Origin: an uncultured Nitrospiraceae bacterium
Lineage (GTDB): Bacteria > Nitrospirota > Thermodesulfovibrionia > Thermodesulfovibrionales > Dissulfurispiraceae
Length of the DNA stretch: 64,000 nt
Assembly (NCBI GenBank): GCA_963705105.1
Contig: CAVPIW010000006.1
Coordinates: forward strand, 960,001-1,024,000
Direction: 5' to 3'
Numbering within the stretch: position 1 is the first letter of the stretch; each line of letters opens with the position of its first letter. A program made the position numbers and the translations under genes. Of this stretch, positions 21,292 through 31,504 are shown one piece after another. The notes under the pieces are model-generated. The model saw only the letters and a program-made list of their open reading frames with translations, did no database searches and was not told the DNA's origin.

Positions 21292-22932
21292 TTCCGACTG
21301 TCCCCTTTTCACATGGAAATATGCCGGCAGAGACGTGACTCTCCTGTCTTCCACGGCGCCTCCGACGGTGAAGTGGTAGAGGTCCTGGTAGGCATCGCCG
21401 GAGAGACCGATGAGCTCATGGACAAGGTCGTCATAGAAGCAGCCGATACCCGTTCCCCTGAGATCGTGGGCCTCCGCTTCAAGGTAGAGGACCTGACCGA
21501 TCATGCCTGTCTCCCAGTGTAGTGTCCGGTATGATGACGGCTGCGCCTCGATGGGTTCGCGGAAACGGGCGATCATGGACACTGAAAAAACGCCGTCGGC
21601 GGCGATGTCCTGGTCGCAGCTCACCCGTTTCGAAATGACCTCGTAGTCGCCCCGGTCAAGGCAGAAGAGGCTCAGCCCGTCCGGCGCCTCCCCTACCCGT
21701 TCCCAGAGGAGTTCCCCGTGGCATCGGCCCTTGAAATCGTCGATGTCCTCATCATTGCGGAAGAGCATATAGAGACCCGGATCGAGTCCCCTTACCCTGT
21801 GGACATAAAGCAGGAGATGAACGGACGTCGGACCCTGCTCAAGGTCAAACGGTGAAGCGCCCGATCGAGCTATCGTCCGGTCGAGCATCGAGAAAAAGGC
21901 GTCCCTGTCCAGGGTCGTCTCCCTGTCATAAGCCTGGGCGCTTCTCCTGCGGAGAATCACCTCCGACGCCCCTTTGCCGGGGATGTCCCTTTCGATGTAC
22001 GGCCGGTTCGGCGTCTCAAAGATCGACGCATCGGTCCTTCTCTTTGCCGACGCCCTGGCGACGCCGTCGATCACGTCCCAGTCCACATGGTCACCGCTCA
22101 GTGCATTCGGCTCGCCGCCGAAATCGAGATCGCCGAAAGAGTCAATAATGTATGGCGGGATGTCCCGCGGCGTCTTTCCATCGGACTGGCCGCAGACGTA
22201 GCAGAGGCACTCGGCGATTTCCCGTTCAAAGGGCAGCCAGTTCGTCTTGTGGAACCCGAGCACCCTGTCGATCTCCTCCTCGGAGAGGGCGTTCAGATAG
22301 ACGACTCTCCATCCGAGGAGGCTCGCCGAGAGGCTCAGGCAGGCCAGGGCGTGGCCCGTGTCGTGGTTGCAGTAACGGAATGCCCTCTCGCCATACTTCC
22401 ACGCTTCCCTCCAGGCGATGCTGCTGAGCCCGACGAAAAAACCCTGCCTGCCGAAGTGCTCCCGCAGCCGTTCCCACACCGTCACATCGACGGACGCCCT
22501 CGGTTCGAGGGCATGGGAGAAAGGGAAGTAGTGGTAGACACCGCCGTCGATGCCCGAATCCGGCACGTCCGGGAGGACCAGGTGCGCCTCCGTCGGGTGG
22601 AGATTGCCGCTCGACGGGTTGACACGGAGGGCCCAGGTGTTTTTTTCAAAGGCCTTCCAGGCCGAAATCGCCATCGAAAACTCGAGAAACCGTCCGATGG
22701 TCCCGAGGGTGATGGGCTGCACGTCGTTGCGCGACCTGTCGAACAGGTCGGTGTATCGCTTCTCGTCTCCACCTCCTGTCAGGGGAAGATCGATCAGTGG
22801 TGTCCCTTTGTATCTCCTGAACGGATGGGGCTCGTTGTCCCAGTCGAGGTGCCCGGCAGACCGGGCGTATTTCCCGGGATAATGCTTCGTCCTTTCGTGA
22901 TATTCGAAAACCGTCCTGCTCTCTGTCGACAT
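21289..22932 (-). CDS. SagB/ThcOx-family nitroreductase-fold dehydrogenase (double domain)
   Basis: YHERTKH, LRVNPSSGNLHPTE, RRRS and GTGIGCFYDD. Confidence 0.88.
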   Translation of the reverse strand: MSTESRTVFEYHERTKHYPGKYARSAGHLDWDNEPHPFRRYKGTPLIDLPLTGGGDEKRYTDLFDRSRNDVQPITLGTIGRFLEFSMAISAWKAFEKNTWALRVNPSSGNLHPTEAHLVLPDVPDSGIDGGVYHYFPFSHALEPRASVDVTVWERLREHFGRQGFFVGLSSIAWREAWKYGERAFRYCNHDTGHALACLSLSASLLGWRVVYLNALSEEEIDRVLGFHKTNWLPFEREIAECLCYVCGQSDGKTPRDIPPYIIDSFGDLDFGGEPNALSGDHVDWDVIDGVARASAKRRTDASIFETPNRPYIERDIPGKGASEVILRRRSAQAYDRETTLDRDAFFSMLDRTIARSGASPFDLEQGPTSVHLLLYVHRVRGLDPGLYMLFRNDEDIDDFKGRCHGELLWERVGEAPDGLSLFCLDRGDYEVISKRVSCDQDIAADGVFSVSMIARFREPIEAQPSSYRTLHWETGMIGQVLYLEAEAHDLRGTGIGCFYDDLVHELIGLSGDAYQDLYHFTVGGAVEDRRVTSLPAYFHVKRGQSE

Positions 22933-22943
22933 GTTGTTCCCGC

Positions 22944-23546
22944 CTATTCCGTGATCTGCTTCAAATTTTCACAGGCCCGCTTGTCACCCATGTCGCAGAC
23001 CTTCCTGAAATCCACGGCGCCTTTCTTCACATAGGCGACACCGCGGGAGAAAAGGGCCTCGGGGTAACCCGGCCGCAGGCCGATGGCCTTGTTGTAATCG
23101 TCGATCGCCTCGTCATAGCGTCCCTTTCTCGCAAAGGCGACGCCCCTGTTGTGATACGCCTCAGCCAGCTTCGGGCTGAGGGTGACCGCCTTCGTCTCGT
23201 CTTCGATCGCCTCGTCATACCTGCCCTTCTTGAGGAATGCCAGCCCCCTGTTATGATACAACTCGGCGCTGTCGGGCGAAAATTCAAGGGCCTTCGTAAA
23301 GTCCGCAACCGCCTCATCCAGCTTGCCTGTCCGGTAGTGGGCAAGCCCCCTGTTGATGTAGGCGTCGGACAGGTTCGGGTTCAGTGCGATGGCCCGGCTG
23401 TATGCCTTGATCGCATCGTCGTATTTGCCGTCGTTGAAGAGGGTGTTGCCGCCGGCGAAAAAGTACTGGGCATCGACGGCGGGGGCGGCCTGCGGCGCCG
23501 TGAAAAGCACGATCAGCAGGAAAAACAAGAGACTCCGGTGTTTCAT
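22944..23546 (-). CDS. Secreted tetratricopeptide-repeat protein
   Basis: Signal peptide and repeated AYxNRG...A TPR motifs. Confidence 0.9.
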   Translation of the reverse strand: MKHRSLLFFLLIVLFTAPQAAPAVDAQYFFAGGNTLFNDGKYDDAIKAYSRAIALNPNLSDAYINRGLAHYRTGKLDEAVADFTKALEFSPDSAELYHNRGLAFLKKGRYDEAIEDETKAVTLSPKLAEAYHNRGVAFARKGRYDEAIDDYNKAIGLRPGYPEALFSRGVAYVKKGAVDFRKVCDMGDKRACENLKQITE

Positions 23547-23634
23547 GCCTCGTCCTCCCAAAAACATACCATTATCGTTGAGTATACCACAGAGACCGCG
23601 GGAGGGGATCAGCGATAACGCTCATTCTCCACGA

Positions 23635-24195
23635 TCAGGGAAGACCGCCGGACTGGGGCGTCCTGACGAGCCTCGTCACGTCGTAGGCCTGTTTTTCGAG
23701 GTCTTCGAGAATACGCTTGTACAGCCCCTCGTCCATCCGGGGCGTGCGACCGAGGATCCAGAGATACTGTCTTGCAGGGTGTCCGACGACGGCATACTCG
23801 TAGTCTTTCCCGAGGCCGATGATCCAGTAATCTCCCGAGAAGGGCCAGAAGAAGCGGACCTTGAGCTTTGCCCTCGTCGTCTCGTCGACGACCCATGCGC
23901 TGCCGCTCACCGACGAGAGGGGACCGTCGGGAGCCCCGATCCTGCATTGATTCACCACCCCGACGGTGCCGTCATCACGGACAGTGTAGTTCGCCGTCGA
24001 ACCGAAGCATCCCTCCTGGAAGCGGTTCGGATAGCTCGCAATCTCATACCACAATCCTGCATACCGCGATAGATCGACGGCGGAGACGACCTGCAGGGGA
24101 GGCTCCGTCCTGCCCCCGTGAGACGCGCAGGAGGCCAACACACAAATACCCAGGACAAGCAAACAACCAACGGTCTTCATTTTGCGACTTTTCAT
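23635..24195 (-). CDS. blc: Lipocalin lipoprotein
   Basis: LASC lipobox, RYAGLWYEIA and KLKVRFFWPFSGDYWI. Confidence 0.92.
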   Translation of the reverse strand: MKSRKMKTVGCLLVLGICVLASCASHGGRTEPPLQVVSAVDLSRYAGLWYEIASYPNRFQEGCFGSTANYTVRDDGTVGVVNQCRIGAPDGPLSSVSGSAWVVDETTRAKLKVRFFWPFSGDYWIIGLGKDYEYAVVGHPARQYLWILGRTPRMDEGLYKRILEDLEKQAYDVTRLVRTPQSGGLP

Positions 24196-24209
24196 ATCAA
24201 CACCTCACT

Positions 24210-24575
24210 CTTGATGAATGCATAAGCCCTGCGGAAAGGCGGGGCGAAGACGCCGCGAAACAATGACAGCAGACATTAGGCAACAGACAGGCACCGGAGG
24301 ACAAACGCACGACGGGAAGGCTGATGTGGTGAAAAGCCTTTCCTCTAAGATACCCTATTCATCCCCGGACCACCCTTGCCGTGTCCATTGATACCGAATG
24401 CCCGTCAGGCAACAGGCGCTGAACACCTTGAGATGTCTCATCATCGCATTGGAAAGGCTTTGATCCATATCTGCCTTCCCGGAGACAGCGGTAGTGACAC
24501 CGACAGTGACCCTGTCACTCACACTGTCACTGTTTTTCAGAGCGCTTGTCCCACCGTTTCATGCACCTGATGCAG
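24210..24575 (+). mobile_element. Composite MITE, family A subfamily 3, second copy
   Basis: GGAAAGGCGGGGCGAAG end, core 24310-24485 homologous to 15309-15487, hexamer tract and TTCAGAGCGCTT; boundaries approximate. Confidence 0.7.
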
Positions 24576-24610
24576 AAAATCCATATTATTTTCCCATGTT
24601 CCCCTGCAAG

Positions 24611-24639
24611 TTGACAATCCCCCCGGTATGTGATACAAG
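24611..24639 (+). promoter_or_regulatory. Putative sigma70 promoter of the Mo-hydroxylase operon
   Basis: TTGACA, 17-bp spacer containing TG, then TACAAG. Confidence 0.45.
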
Positions 24640-24650
24640 TTAGAAACAAC

Positions 24651-24897
24651 GACAGTGGCAGTGTCTGTGTCAGTGAATGGAGCACATCTCAGAAGAAATG
24701 TCTCGCACAAAGAAAGACCACGACAGTGGATGTGTCAGTGGATGGGAGCCATCGTTGCCGGGCAGTGGTGGATGACACAAGGGATGATATCGGGTGATTG
24801 CAGGGGCCGTTCCCTGAACGGCCCGCCATGAGATGAGACGGTCTGCTCGGAGAGCAGACCCTGCTCCTTCACTGCCACTGCCACAGACACTGACACT
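24651..24897. repeat. Inverted hexamer-repeat arms enclosing a REP-doublet-like pair of hairpins
   Basis: CAGTGAATGGAGCA pairs with TGCTCCTTCACTG; inner hairpins GGGCCGTTC/GAACGGCCC and GGTCTGCTC/GAGCAGACC are framed by GCAGGG...CCCTGC (24800-24864). Confidence 0.7.
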
Positions 24898-24911
24898 ATT
24901 GGGAGGTATCC

Positions 24912-25559
24912 ATGAAGAAAAACGATCATGATGAAACGTGCCGCTGCCGGGACGGCGTGACGCGGCGGGAGTTCCTCGCCACCGTCGGCCTGGGCGCCGT
25001 TGCCGTGACGGCATCGGGTTCGCGTGACATTCAGGCTCAGACAGCGGAGCCTGCAGCGGAGCTGCCGCCGGAGGAAACGACGAAACTGAAACTGCGGGTC
25101 AACGGCAGGAGATACAATGTCCTCGTCGAGCCGCGGTGGTCCCTCCTCTTCGTGCTCAGGGAGAGGATCGGCCTGACGGGGACGAAGGCGGGATGCGAGC
25201 GCGGCGAGTGCGGCGCCTGCACGGTCCTCATCGACGGCATTCCCCGCTATGCATGCATGACCCTCGCCGTCGAGGCCGCCGGCGCCGACATTACGACACT
25301 GGAAGGGCTCATGAAGGGCGAGCAGCTCGGGCCTGTCCAGCAGGCCTTTCTCGAATCGGACGCCTTCCAGTGCGGCTACTGCACGCCCGGGCAGATCATG
25401 GCGGCGGAAGGTCTTCTGCGTACCAACTCTTCTCCCTCCATCGACGAGATCCGGCACGGCATGAGCGGCAACCTCTGCCGGTGCGGCGCCTATGTGCACA
25501 TCTTCAGTGCCGTGAAACGGGCCGCTGACATGAAGGGCAGGGCGGGAGGCTCATCATGA
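24912..25559 (+). CDS. 2Fe-2S subunit of a xanthine/aldehyde oxidoreductase with Tat signal (PaoA/YagT-like)
   Basis: TRREFL twin-arginine motif; GCERGECGACTV, QCGYCTPG and GNLCRCG. Confidence 0.93.
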   Translation: MKKNDHDETCRCRDGVTRREFLATVGLGAVAVTASGSRDIQAQTAEPAAELPPEETTKLKLRVNGRRYNVLVEPRWSLLFVLRERIGLTGTKAGCERGECGACTVLIDGIPRYACMTLAVEAAGADITTLEGLMKGEQLGPVQQAFLESDAFQCGYCTPGQIMAAEGLLRTNSSPSIDEIRHGMSGNLCRCGAYVHIFSAVKRAADMKGRAGGSS

Positions 25560-27886
25560 AGGACAAACAGAAGGGGATCTATTATGTCCAGGGCCTTCCT
25601 GTGCCTGAGACTCCAGCAGCCAAGAAGACCGATGAATCGTGGGACAAGACGAGGGTCGTCGGCAAGCCCCTTCCCCGTGTCGACGCTTACGAGCGGGTGA
25701 GCGGTTCAGCGATCTATCCCTCCGACCTCTCCCTTCCGGAGATGCTCTACGGGGCGATCCTTCGTTGTCCCCATGCCCATGCCGTCGTCAGGGAGATCGA
25801 CGCGGAGGCTGCCGGCAAAATGCCCGGCGTCCATGCCGTCATCACCATGGCAAGTCCCGAGGCGGACGTCGTCTGGCCTTACACGAAAGACGTCCGGACG
25901 AAGCTCTTCGATCCCCGGTGCCGTTATGAGGGAGAGACCGTCGCCGCCGTCGCCGCAGAGACGCCCTACCAGGCCTGGGACGCCGTCCGGGCCATCACGG
26001 TCCTCTACGACGTGCTGCCTCCTCTCTCGGATGAACGGAAGGCCCTCGATCAGCGCGCCCCTGCCGTCCATGAAAAGGGGAACCTCGTGGGCAAACCTCT
26101 CATCTACGAGCGCGGAGACGTGGCAAAGGGTTTTGCCGGCGCCGATGTCGTCATCGAGGAGGAGTTCCGGACCGTCAGCGAAGTGCACACGCCCATGGAG
26201 CTTCACGGTTGTGTGGCGAAATGGGACGGGGACCGACTCACCATCTGGGAATCGACGCAGGGTGTCTACGCCGTCCAGGCCGGTGTCGCCGAGGTGCTGA
26301 AGCTGCCCCTCTCAAAGGTCAGGGTCATCGGGCACTACATGGGCGGAGGGTTCGGGAGCAAGCTCAGGGCCGGTAAATACACGGTCATCGCCGCCGTCCT
26401 CGCAAAAAAGACAGCCCGGCCGGTGAAGCTCTTCCTCACCCGGGAAGAGACCTTCCTCGATGCCGGCAATCGTCCGCCGAGCACGATGAAGCTGAAAGCG
26501 GGAATCAGGAGGGACGGCACCCTGACAGCCCTGCACTTCACCTGCACCGGCACGGGAGGCGCCTATCCGGCCGGAGGGGTCAATCTCGTCGACTGGGTCA
26601 TCAAGGACCTCTATACGTGCCCGAATGTCCGCACAGAGATGACGGACGTCTACATCAACGCAGGCCCCGCCCGTCCCTTCAGGGCGCCCGGTCATCCCCA
26701 GGGCTCCTGGGCCCTCGAGCAGATGCTCGACATGCTCGCCGAAAAAATCGTCATGGACCCCGTCGACCTGCGTCTCAGAAACATTCCCCTGTTCAGCCAG
26801 GCCAGGGAGGGCAACCCGCCTTACACCTCGACGGGCCTCAGGGAATGCCTCGTCGAGGGGGCGCGCGTCTTCGGCTGGAAGGAGAAGAGGAAAGGGGCGT
26901 TCACATCCGGTGATAAAGGGACCGTCCGGCGCGGTGTCGGCATGGGAAGCGCCCTATGGGTCGCCGGTGGGGGCGGTCCGCCGTCGACGGTCATCGTCAA
27001 ACTCTTTTCCGACGGGAGCGTCAATCTCAACATGGGCGCGAGCGACATCGGCACGGGCACCAAATCGGTCATGGCCATGGTCGTCGCCGAGGAGCTGGGG
27101 GTCGCCACGGACATGATCCAGATCGAACACGCCGACACAGGCACCACGCAGTACGCGACGCCGAGCGGAGGGAGCAAGACCGTCCCGACGGAGTCGCCCG
27201 CCGTGCGGGCCGCGGCCATCGACGTGAAACAGCAGCTCCTCGACATGGCATCGAAAGACCTCAAGACCGATACGGCATCTCTGAAACTCTCGGACGGCAT
27301 GATCGTGTCCGTGAAAGACCCTGCGCTGAAGACCGGTTTGACCGATGTGTCGGGACTGAAGAAACGCGGCGTCATCGTCGGCGTCGGTTACCGGGGGCCC
27401 AATCCGGAGAACAAGGTCGTGAACCCCTTTGCGGCCCAGTTCTGCGAGGTCGAGGTGAATACCCTGACCGGCGAAGTGACAATCGTCCGTTTCGTCGGCG
27501 CTCACGACAGCGGCAGGGTCATGAACCGCCTCACCTATGACAACCAGGTCCATGGCGGCATCGTCATGGGAATCGGCTTCGCCATGACGGAATCGAGGAT
27601 CCTCGACGGCGACCAGACAGGGAAAATGGTGAACAGGAACTGGCACGACTACAAGCTCCCAACGGCCCTTGACGTGCCCGCCGACATCGTGTCCGTCCCC
27701 ATCGAAACAGATGACCGCGAGGCGAACACGACGGGGGCGAAGGGACTCGGGGAGCCCGTCACGATCCCGACGGCGGCGGCCATCGCCAACGCCGTGTATC
27801 ATGCCACAGGCGTGCGGATCACGGAGACGCCGATCACGCCCGCCGTGCTCTGCGAGAAACTCGCCGGACGCAGGAAGGAGGGATGA
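25556..27886 (+). CDS. Molybdopterin-binding subunit, xanthine dehydrogenase family
   Basis: GGGFGSK, FRAPG and AKGLGEP. Confidence 0.93.
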   Translation: MKDKQKGIYYVQGLPVPETPAAKKTDESWDKTRVVGKPLPRVDAYERVSGSAIYPSDLSLPEMLYGAILRCPHAHAVVREIDAEAAGKMPGVHAVITMASPEADVVWPYTKDVRTKLFDPRCRYEGETVAAVAAETPYQAWDAVRAITVLYDVLPPLSDERKALDQRAPAVHEKGNLVGKPLIYERGDVAKGFAGADVVIEEEFRTVSEVHTPMELHGCVAKWDGDRLTIWESTQGVYAVQAGVAEVLKLPLSKVRVIGHYMGGGFGSKLRAGKYTVIAAVLAKKTARPVKLFLTREETFLDAGNRPPSTMKLKAGIRRDGTLTALHFTCTGTGGAYPAGGVNLVDWVIKDLYTCPNVRTEMTDVYINAGPARPFRAPGHPQGSWALEQMLDMLAEKIVMDPVDLRLRNIPLFSQAREGNPPYTSTGLRECLVEGARVFGWKEKRKGAFTSGDKGTVRRGVGMGSALWVAGGGGPPSTVIVKLFSDGSVNLNMGASDIGTGTKSVMAMVVAEELGVATDMIQIEHADTGTTQYATPSGGSKTVPTESPAVRAAAIDVKQQLLDMASKDLKTDTASLKLSDGMIVSVKDPALKTGLTDVSGLKKRGVIVGVGYRGPNPENKVVNPFAAQFCEVEVNTLTGEVTIVRFVGAHDSGRVMNRLTYDNQVHGGIVMGIGFAMTESRILDGDQTGKMVNRNWHDYKLPTALDVPADIVSVPIETDDREANTTGAKGLGEPVTIPTAAAIANAVYHATGVRITETPITPAVLCEKLAGRRKEG

Positions 27887-27889
27887 ACG

Positions 27890-28894
27890 ATGCTGAAACC
27901 GTTTTCCTATATCAAAGCCTCATCGCTTGAGGAGGCTGTCCGGCAGCTCTCCTCGCCCGGCGCCGTCCTCCATGCCGGGGGAACGGACCTGCTCGGGTGC
28001 CTCCGGGACCACGTGTTCGATGCCGGGAAGGTCGTGAGCATCAGCGGGCTCAGTCATCTCCGGGGGATTTCGGAGAAGGCGGGCAAGGGGATCACCATCG
28101 GGTCGATGACGACCATCAGCGATATCGCCCGTCACGGCGTCATCAGGGACAAGTACACGGCCCTGTCCCAGGCCGCCTCGGAGGTGGCGAGTCCCCAGCT
28201 CCGCAATCAGGGGACCATCGGGGGCAACCTCTGCCAGAAACCACGGTGCTGGTACTACCGGGGGGATTTCCACTGCCTGCGGAAAGGCGGTGAACAGTGT
28301 TTCGCCGTCGCCGGGGAAAACCACTACCACTGCATCTTCGGCGGCGCGGGCTGCGTCATCGTCCATCCCTCCGATACGGCACCTGCCCTCGCGGCCCTCA
28401 ACGCGTCGATCCATATCGAAGGGCAGAAGGGAAAACGCTCCCTACCGGTCACGGAATTTTTCGTCCCACCCTCGCGGGACCCGCGGAGGGAGACAGTGCT
28501 CGAACCGGGCGAGGTCGTGACATCGGTCACTCTTCCTGAACCGCGGAAGGGCCTGAGAAGCTCCTACCGCAAGGTCAAGGCCAGAGGGGCCTGGGACTTC
28601 GCCATGGCCGGAGTGGCCCTTGCGCTCCTTTTCGAAGGAGACCGCGTGCAGGAAGCGCGGGTGGTTCTGAGCGGCGCGGCGCCCGTGCCGTGGCGGTCGG
28701 GGGCCGCAGAAGAAGCACTGACGGGCAGGCGTCTCGACGCGGAGACGATAGGGCGGGCTTCGGAAGCCCTGGTCAAAGGGGCTCAACCGCTGAGATACAA
28801 CGGGTACAAGATCTCCCTCTTCCGGGGCATCATTGAGGAAGAGCTGAAAAGACTGGGCGGAAACCTGAAAGATCCGTCAGGAGGTGCACGTTGA
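27890..28894 (+). CDS. FAD-binding subunit, xanthine dehydrogenase family (YagS-like, with 4Fe-4S insert)
   Basis: AGGTDL, SPQLRNQGTIGGNLCQKPRCWYYR and HPSD. Confidence 0.93.
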   Translation: MLKPFSYIKASSLEEAVRQLSSPGAVLHAGGTDLLGCLRDHVFDAGKVVSISGLSHLRGISEKAGKGITIGSMTTISDIARHGVIRDKYTALSQAASEVASPQLRNQGTIGGNLCQKPRCWYYRGDFHCLRKGGEQCFAVAGENHYHCIFGGAGCVIVHPSDTAPALAALNASIHIEGQKGKRSLPVTEFFVPPSRDPRRETVLEPGEVVTSVTLPEPRKGLRSSYRKVKARGAWDFAMAGVALALLFEGDRVQEARVVLSGAAPVPWRSGAAEEALTGRRLDAETIGRASEALVKGAQPLRYNGYKISLFRGIIEEELKRLGGNLKDPSGGAR

Positions 28895-29838
28895 ACACAG
28901 ATCGATCGAAATCGTCGGCTCCTTATCAGAACCCCGCAATCCTTCTCTGCACCCTGTTCTGCATGGTGATTGCTGCTGCGGTCCTGCTGGAAGGGTTCAG
29001 TGCCTTCCGTGAGGCCCTGGCTGAAGATGCAATGGGCGGGACCGCAAAGGGATCACTCACAGTCAACGGAAAGAGCGTCCCCCTGAGCCATGCGTACGCG
29101 ATGGCCCAGCCGAACACCTTCGAAAAGAGCAAAACCGACATCGCCGTCCTCCTCACCGAGAAGCCCCTGCCCGAGGGGGCCCTCAAAGACGTGGAGGAGA
29201 TCGAGGACGCACTGCCGAAACAGCAGGCCTACGCCCTTTTCAGGATGGATGAATCGGGCAAACTGACCTACGAGCTGATCAGTCACCCCTCCCTCGGCAA
29301 GAACCGCCTCATGATGTCGGACATCGCCACAAAGGCCCGTTTCACTGCCAGGGTCTTCGGCAAGGACCGCGTCGAAGGTTCCGTTGAGACGTTGAAGACG
29401 GAGGAAATTTTTGAACACACATACGCGATCAAGGCGACGTTCAGCACCCCGGTGCTTCGGGCGAAGGTGCCCGAGCCACTGCCTGACGCGAAGACGGGCA
29501 AGCCCTTGCCGGCCGGCGGCGGCGAACCCGGCAAGGCCTATCTTGCGTTCGTCAAGGCTCTTCATGCGAGAGATCTCGCAGCCGTGCGCAGCATGGCGCC
29601 CCGGGATCAGGCGGACATGTCCGATGAGGAACTGAAGGAAGCCCTTGAGTTCTTTGCCTCTATCACTCCGGCAGACACCAGGATCACGCGGGGATATATC
29701 AAGGACGACCGCGCGGCGCTGTATGCCATAGGGACCATCGAAAAGGAGAAGCAGTTCGCAACAATCGAGATGAAAAAGACGGGTGGACAGTGGCGGCCTC
29801 TCAAGACCAACTGGAGCGACTCGCCTCCGCCGGAGTAA
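28891..29838 (+). CDS. Hypothetical exported protein
   Basis: Long ORF coupled to the operon; N-terminal hydrophobic segment; GGAGG RBS. Confidence 0.7.
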   Translation: MNTDRSKSSAPYQNPAILLCTLFCMVIAAAVLLEGFSAFREALAEDAMGGTAKGSLTVNGKSVPLSHAYAMAQPNTFEKSKTDIAVLLTEKPLPEGALKDVEEIEDALPKQQAYALFRMDESGKLTYELISHPSLGKNRLMMSDIATKARFTARVFGKDRVEGSVETLKTEEIFEHTYAIKATFSTPVLRAKVPEPLPDAKTGKPLPAGGGEPGKAYLAFVKALHARDLAAVRSMAPRDQADMSDEELKEALEFFASITPADTRITRGYIKDDRAALYAIGTIEKEKQFATIEMKKTGGQWRPLKTNWSDSPPPE

Positions 29839-29943
29839 GGGAACGGACCGGCAGATACTCCTTGATTTTGAATGTCCTCTGCTTACATACTGAAAGATGG
29901 TGTGTGTCTTTTTGAAGCGCTATGAAATGCCGGTACTGAGGAC

Positions 29944-30492
29944 ATGAACGGACCCGACGATCGCAAATACCGCTTTTCCTGGGATTTGCTCGGCAACATC
30001 GCACTGGGACGGCCGAACCTCGGGTCCACGACCCGTGTTGAGGTCTACCGGCTCATGCAGTTCTGCTTTCGCGACGTCATGGAGCAGCATTTCGGGTCCG
30101 CGAAGGCGGACGAGATCTTCCATGAGGCCGGCAAGCTGGCCGGAAGGGAATTCTATTATCGCTTCTTTTCCGGCATCAGCGATTTCAGTGAATTCATCCG
30201 TGAACTCCAGCGGGTGCTGCGGGAAATGGGGATCGGCATCCTGCGGATCGAAAAGGCCGATCCTGAAAAGGGCTCCTTCGTACTGACCGTCTCTGAGGAC
30301 CTCGACTGCTCGGGACTTCCGGAGAAGGACAGCGAAATCTGCACCTATGATGAAGGGTTCATTGCTGCCCTTTTGGAGGGTTTCGCAGGCATCCCTTTCA
30401 AGGTAAGAGAAATCGATTGCTGGTGCACCGGCGACCGCACCTGCCGTTTCACTGCAGACAGGATCACACAAGGGAACACATCCGATGGATGA
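29944..30492 (+). CDS. V4R (4-vinyl reductase) domain protein
   Basis: EDLDCSGLP, ICTYDEGFIA and EIDCWCTGDRTCRF. Confidence 0.88.
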   Translation: MNGPDDRKYRFSWDLLGNIALGRPNLGSTTRVEVYRLMQFCFRDVMEQHFGSAKADEIFHEAGKLAGREFYYRFFSGISDFSEFIRELQRVLREMGIGILRIEKADPEKGSFVLTVSEDLDCSGLPEKDSEICTYDEGFIAALLEGFAGIPFKVREIDCWCTGDRTCRFTADRITQGNTSDG

Positions 30493-31426
30493 AGGTCCCT
30501 CCGGGGGAGAAAAGAGCCGGGAGATCATGCTCGATGTTCTCGGGCAGGTGATCTACAGTCCCGATCTTCCCGGATCGATACCGGAGGAACTCTCGGGTGA
30601 CAGTAATTTCATCCGCATATACACCACCCTTCTTGAACTGAGGAAATTCTGCCTCAGCATGGCTAGGGGCGATCTGTCACCGGTGCTGACGGAGCGCGGC
30701 TTCCTCGCCGGAACCCTCAAGACCCTTCAGGCCAACCTGAGAAACCTCACCTGGCAGGCACAGATGATCGCCTCGGGCGATCTCAGCCAGCGCGTCGACT
30801 TTATGGGCGAATTCTCCGACGCCTTCAACGCCATGATCGAGAAACTGCAGGAAATCGAGAGAGAACGAAGCAGGATCATGGAAGACATGACGCACCTTGC
30901 GATCACGGACCCCCTGACCGAGCTGTACAACAGGCGTCATTTCCTGATGCTTGCCCGCAAGGAGATGGCCCGGAGCATCCGGTTCAGCCACCCCCTCTCC
31001 GTCGTCATGATGGACATCGATTTCTTCAAGCATGTCAATGACACGTATGGCCACATCGCCGGAGACCGTGTCCTGAATTCCATTGCCGAGATGAGCAGAA
31101 AAAGTCTTAGGGACTCGGACGCCGCAGGCCGCTATGGCGGGGAGGAGCTGATCTTCATGCTCCCTGAGACGGGACCGGAGCAGGCATTGCGGTTTGCAGA
31201 ACGGCTGAGGAAATCCATTGAGACCCTGAGCTGCTCAAGCGATGACCATGAGATATCCGTCACGGTGAGCCTCGGCGTCGCATCGCTGAGCCCCGTGCGT
31301 CACAGCTCCCTGACGAAGGACGATGTGGAGACGATCATCCATGAGGCGGACATCGCCCTGTACCGGGCAAAGGAAGCGGGAAGAAACCGCGTCATGATCT
31401 ACGGCAGTGAAGAATCCGCCATTTGA
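30485..31426 (+). CDS. Diguanylate cyclase (HAMP-like plus GGDEF)
   Basis: DPLTELYNRR, DIDFFKHVNDTYGH, RYGGEEL and ALYRAKEAGRNRV. Confidence 0.92.
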   Translation: MDEGPSGGEKSREIMLDVLGQVIYSPDLPGSIPEELSGDSNFIRIYTTLLELRKFCLSMARGDLSPVLTERGFLAGTLKTLQANLRNLTWQAQMIASGDLSQRVDFMGEFSDAFNAMIEKLQEIERERSRIMEDMTHLAITDPLTELYNRRHFLMLARKEMARSIRFSHPLSVVMMDIDFFKHVNDTYGHIAGDRVLNSIAEMSRKSLRDSDAAGRYGGEELIFMLPETGPEQALRFAERLRKSIETLSCSSDDHEISVTVSLGVASLSPVRHSSLTKDDVETIIHEADIALYRAKEAGRNRVMIYGSEESAI

Positions 31427-31504
31427 GACCCCCATTTTTTTGTATAATACCCGCACCGCACCTCGGAGGAGGAGTGGAGGTCTGATGCGGACAGAGGAGA
31501 GAGC

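Noticed and set aside
21012..21522. Repetitive ORFs (SASVSVSEW / LTLTLALTL)
   Set aside because: These are translations of the non-coding tandem repeat.
21289..22932. RiPP (azole) biosynthetic cluster around the SagB-like gene
   Set aside because: No YcaO, precursor peptide or transporter nearby; stand-alone members of this family are common.
24651..24905. Moco riboswitch ahead of the Mo-enzyme operon
   Set aside because: I could not see the conserved motif features; repeats explain the structure.
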